Source: Monocercomonoides exilis PA203
Taxonomy: Eukaryota > Protista > Preaxostyla
Reading direction: 5' to 3'
Assembly (NCBI GenBank): GCA_001643675.2
Contig: LSRY02000033.1
Location: 992,001-1,056,000, forward strand
DNA: 64,000 bases
The notes under the pieces were generated by a model, which was not told where the DNA came from, did no database searches, and worked only from the letters and a program-made list of their open reading frames with translations. Position 1 is the first letter of the stretch; each line of letters opens with the position of its first letter. The position numbers and the translations under genes are program-made. Of this stretch, positions 59,121 to 64,000 are shown one piece after another.

Positions 59121-62100
59121 TTATTCGTTGTCATCGTCGTCATTCCAGTCAATTTCAATAACTTTAATTTCTTGTTTTGCACTCTTCTTCTTCTTCTTCT
59201 TCTTTTTCTTCTTCGTCTTCTGTTCTTCAGCATACACTTCAGCATTATCTTCATCTTTTCCTTTAGTCATGCTAACATTCTCCTCATTCATAGAATTGCT
59301 TTCCTCTTTCGTGCTCTGATCAAATGAAGCACCATTCTTTGCGCTTCCTTCCTCTTCCTCGTCTTCCTCTGGTCTGATGGCATTTGGCAGTGTTGTCCGA
59401 GGCGACGGAATGGGAATGTTTGCCGTTGTCTCTGGCACAGGGGCAAGAGAGCTCAGCGAAGATGACTTTGTCGCACTCATCTTTTTGGCTTCCTCTTTTT
59501 CGTGCTGTTTCTGATGGTACTTGGACATCTTTGCTTGGAGCGAGGAATAAGAAGTGGATGAGGAAGAAGATGCAGATTTTGGAGTAGTAGTAGTAGAAGA
59601 AGAAGATGATGATGATGGCGATGAAGCAGAACGAGAGGATGATGAAACATGAGCTGGAAGAGGTCTGCGATGAGAAGGTGATGTTTTCACTGCTTGGCTT
59701 AGCATCGAAGAAGACGAGGAAGAAGAGGAAGAAGAAGAGGAAGAAGAAGAGGAAACCGACGGAGAAGAAGAAATGCGAGGAGACTGAGGACGATTAGAAG
59801 AAGAATGTGTTGATGGCGTCGCAGCAGAAGCTGCTGAAGAGTTGTGGTTGTTCAAAGGAGGAGTTGTCAGAGCAGCGCGAGAGAGATCGATGAATGCAGA
59901 GGGAGAAGACGGGCGAGGAGAACGAGAACGAGGAGAGGCAGAACGAGAACGAGGTTGAACAGAAGAAGAAGAAGAAGAAGAAGAAGAAGAAGATGATGAT
60001 GATGAAGATGAAAGTGAATGTTTGGAGGATGAAGGAGTTGTTACAGATGGACGAGGCGATGAAGAACGAAAAGGTTCTTTTGGGGCAGATGAGGAAGGAG
60101 AAAGCAGACGAGAAGAAGAAGGAGATGAAGAACGAGCAGTGCCAGTGTGTGTGGATGAGTGTGTGGAAGAAAGAGATAGAGAAAGGCGGGGAGAAGGAGG
60201 GCGGGGTGAGCGAGAACGAATAGAAGAAGAAGAAGAAGAAGAAGAAGATGATGATGATGATGAAGCTGATGAAGAAGATGAAGGAGACGAGGTGTAGTGA
60301 GGCAAAAGAGGGCGAGGAGACGAGGAGCGTGGAGAACTTGACTGTGGCGAGAGGGCAGAGGAAGAAGGAGAGGCGTTGGAAGGACGCGGGGGAAGACCTG
60401 GACGCGGAGTGGCTAATGAAGACGAAGAGCGCTGATGGGCAGAGTGTGCTGCCTGAGCTGACTGAGGTCTCTGTGCTGAGTGAAGAGAACGAGAACGAGA
60501 AGGAGACGGAGAGCGGGATGTGCTGCGAGATGCATTCAAAGAGGATGAACTGCGCACAGAAAGAGAAGATGCAGAAGGCGATCGGATGATCCTTCTTCGT
60601 CTTTCTCTCCTTTCCTGATCGAAGTTTTCGCTGTCTGATTCTGACTGCTCTTCCACAGCAGCGCCATCAACACCTGAGCCATATGCCATCCCCTCCTTCC
60701 CCTTCATCCTCTGTCTCTTCTTCAGCTCAGCCTCGATGAGTGCATACTCATCCTTCATTTTGACTTCTCTTTCAGTCATCTTTGCCTTCTCCTCTTTCAC
60801 CTGCTTCAGCTTCTCTTCCAGCCGCACCTTGTTCTCCTTCGACCGGAAATCGACTGAACTGCGTCTGGCTGCTCTTTGCGAGGGAGATGCAGACATGCTG
60901 CTTCGTCTGGCAGATGTTGATGACGAAGAGACTGAAGGCGACCGGCCTCTCTGCTGCGAAGAGGACGAGGCAGGCGATGAGACCAGTGAGAACGAGGTGC
61001 CTCCTCTTGCTTCTGCTCTCCTTCTCATCCGTTCCTGCTCTGCCTGCTCTTCTGCCTCTTGTACACGCAGCAGGGCGAGCTCGCTGGAGAAGACGCGAAT
61101 GCGCTTCATCTGCTGCTCGATGGCATCGCCTGTTTCGATCAGCTCGGCCTTCTTCTTTTCGCGCAGTTGGCGCAGCTGCGTGTCAGACAGCGAGGCAAAG
61201 CGAGACGAAGAGAAATGTGGATGCAGACGATGAGTGGACGAGGAGGACGAAAGAGTCGAACCGAATGCGCTGAATGAGGGTGTGGCTGAGAGAGTGGCTG
61301 AAGATGTTGTTTGGAGAGATGCTGATGAGGGTGATTCAGCCACACCATTCAAAGAGGCAGTCGATGAAGACTGTCTCGAATGTGAAACAGTCTTCTTTTT
61401 CTTTGCCAGTCGAGGTATTTTCGATGGCTTTGGCGATGACACAGATGACACAGACGAGGCAGATGAGGCAGAAGGTGTAGCTGCCACTTTTGATTGTGCT
61501 TCTGCTGAGTCTTCTGCTGCATGTGTCTCAGCTGTTTCCTTCTTCTTCTTCTTCTTCTTTTTCTTCTTTTTCTTTGTTGTTGTTGTTGATTCTGCAATCG
61601 GAGTTATATCTTCTATTATCACATCTATTTCCTCTTCTTCCTCCTCTTTTCTTTTCTTTTCCTCTTCTTCTTCTTTCTTCTTCTTCTCTTCTTCTTCTCT
61701 TCTCTTCCTTTCCTCCTCTTCTCTTTTAATCCTCTCTTCCTCTTCCTTTTGTTTTCTTTCTTCCTCTTCTCTCTTAATTCTTTCTTCTTCCTCCTTCTTT
61801 CTCCTCTCTTCTTCCTCTTCCTCTTTCCTCTTCCTTTCCTCTTCTTCTTGTTTCTTTCGTTCTTTTTCTTGTTTTTTCTTTAACTTCAACTCAAGCCTTT
61901 CTTTTCTTTTCTTTTCTCTCTCTTCTTTTCTCTCTTTCTTCTTTCTCTTCTTCTCTTCTTCCTCCTCTTCTTTCTTCTTTCTTTCCTCTTCTTCTTTTTG
62001 TCTTGCCTCTTCTTCCATCTTTCTCTTCTCTTCTTCTTCCTCTTTTCTTTTCTTTTCTGCCTCTTCTTCTTCCTTTCTTTTCTTTTCTTCCTCTTCTTTT

Positions 62101-62382
62101 CTTTTTCTCTCTTCTTCCTCTTCTTCCTTTCTCTTCCTTTCCATTTCTGCTCTTTCTTCTTCTTCTCTCTTTCTTCTTTCTTCCTCCTCTTCCTCTTCTT
62201 TCTTCTTTTTCTCATCTTCAATTCTCTTCTTTTCCATTTCTTCTTCTTCCTTTTGCTTTTGCTTTGCTTTTTCTGCCATTTTCATTTTTAACTCATCAAC
62301 AATAGATTGTGCAACAGTGTTATTTCTGCCTTCTGAATTTGCTTCTGTTGAATTATTTTTTTTCTCCTCCTCCTCCTCCTCT

Positions 62383-62417
<35 letters not shown>

Positions 62418-63955
62418 TTCCTCTTCTTCCTCTTCTTCCTCTTCTTCTTCCTCTTCTTCTTCCTCTTCTTCCTCTTTCTTTTCTTCTTTCTGTTTTTTGG
62501 CAGCTGCTATTTCACTCTCTGCTTTTGATGCATTTGTGTCTTTCGAAGAGAAAGCATTATCATTTGCACCTGAAGCTTTCTTTTCTTCTTTTTCTTCCTG
62601 TTTTTGTTTGTTTCTATCCTCTTTAACTTCTTCCTTATGCTCTTCTTCTTCTTCTTCTTCCTCTTCCTCTTCCTCCTCTTCCTCCCCTTCCTCCTCTTCC
62701 TCCTCTTCCTCTTTTTCTTTTTGTTCTTTCTTTTCCTCTTTTATCTCCTTTTCCTTTTCGGCTTTTTGTCCGCTTTTTGGCATCTCAGCATCTGGCCTTT
62801 CTTTTCCATCTTCATTTTCCTGTTTTTGCTGATCAGAAGATATTTCTGTTGTTCTTGAAGCATTTTCATTGTTTTCCTCTTCTCTTTCATTTGTCCTTTG
62901 TGAAGACGATGACGAGCTGTTTCCTGCTTTTTCGGTTTCTTTTGAATAATTATTCGCATTCTGCTTTTCTTTCTCTTTTTTTTCTTTCTCTCCTTCCCCT
63001 TCCTCCTCCTCCTCCTCCTCTTCTTCTTCTTCTTCCTCTTCCTCTTCCTCTTCTTCCTCTTTCTCCTTCTCCTTCTTTTCCTCTTTCTCCTTCTCTTTCT
63101 CCTCCGGTTTTTCATTTCTCTTATTTTGATCTCGAAGAGATTCAGATTCATTTGCATTTTGCTGTAAATTCGCATCTATCTTAACTTCATCCTTTCCCTC
63201 CTTTTTTTCTTTTCCTTTATTTTCTTCCTTCTCTTCTTCTTCTTCCTCCTCTTCCTCCTCCTCCTCTTCTTCTTCTTCTTCATTTTCTTTTCCACTTTCT
63301 TTTTTTTCATTGCTCGACGAATTGTTTCCATTGTTTTTAACTTCATCATGATTGCTTTCTCTGTTCTCGCTTGAATCTGAAGAACTGGAAGACTCTTCTG
63401 GATGGCCATTATTTGAAGTTAAATTATTGCTATTTGCGTTTTCATTATCATTTTGTTGAGTGTCGTTTTGAGTTGAAGAAGATGAATCACTACTATTTGC
63501 ATCTACTCCACTTAATTGAGGTGTAGAATTATCAATTGTTGAATTTTCATCTGAATTAGTTGAAACGTTTCCTGTCTGTTGTACAACTTGATCTGATGGA
63601 ACGTCATGAGGTAATTCCTCTGAATTTGATTGAGAAGAATCTTGTTTTGGCTTTTCAGAAAGAGGGTTATCTAAATCAAACAAATAATTTGAAAATATCA
63701 TTTCAAACAAGAAGATCAAAATTAATCGCCATTTAGTTATTTACAAAGATTCACGTGAAATTAAAAAAAAATACAATATTCAAAATTCACTGGTGATTAA
63801 GTCCAGAAATAAATATAAAATTCAAACCATTGATGGGAACATCTGGAACTTCAGCTGGGGTACTCTGCTCCTTGGAATTCTAAAATAATTAATAATGTTA
63901 TAAAAACAAGCTCAATATTTAATTGCAAAAACATTAAACAAACCGTGCACCCCAT
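59121..63955 (-). CDS. ~1537-aa low-complexity protein with an N-terminal MGCxxS acylation motif; exons 63955-63944, 63879-63828, 63670-59121
   Basis: Two GT-AG introns give MGCTNSKEQSTPAEVPDVPINDNPLSEK, in frame with the long ORF. The rest is poly-E, E/K/R helix, coiled coil, S/R/P-rich and poly-K blocks. Confidence 0.85.
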
Positions 63956-64000
63956 TGAAATTCGTGAAATGATATAATATGGGACTATTTTCGAATTTTT

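Overview
AT-rich, intron-rich eukaryotic genomic DNA with short GT-AG introns and the standard genetic code. The gene style suggests an oxymonad such as Monocercomonoides; this is inference only. Recognisable genes: a SAPS/PP6R subunit (partial), a 7TM TOM1/GPR137-like protein, a bacterial-style P-type II ATPase, transportin-1, EXO1, VPS53, and a bacterial-type mannose-1-phosphate guanylyltransferase. The window also holds two disrupted members of a beta-helix surface-protein family and a dually acylated low-complexity giant protein. Two genes or gene pairs are split by introns and so missed or fragmented by the ORF track: a saposin-like membrane protein and a tandem pair of secreted Cys-rich proteins. 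Mobile DNA: one intact-looking and two decayed pogo/DDE_1 transposons plus several MITEs. Three observations stand out. (1) Two TA-flanked elements sit exactly at the symmetry centre of perfect inverted duplications of their own flanks, and a third palindrome has an empty centre. (2) The secreted proteins carry mirror-image cysteine spacings, predicting disulfide-laddered helical hairpins. (3) A ~140-nt coding module is near-identical in two unrelated genes 42 kb apart. All alignments, intron models and family calls were made by eye; no searches were run.
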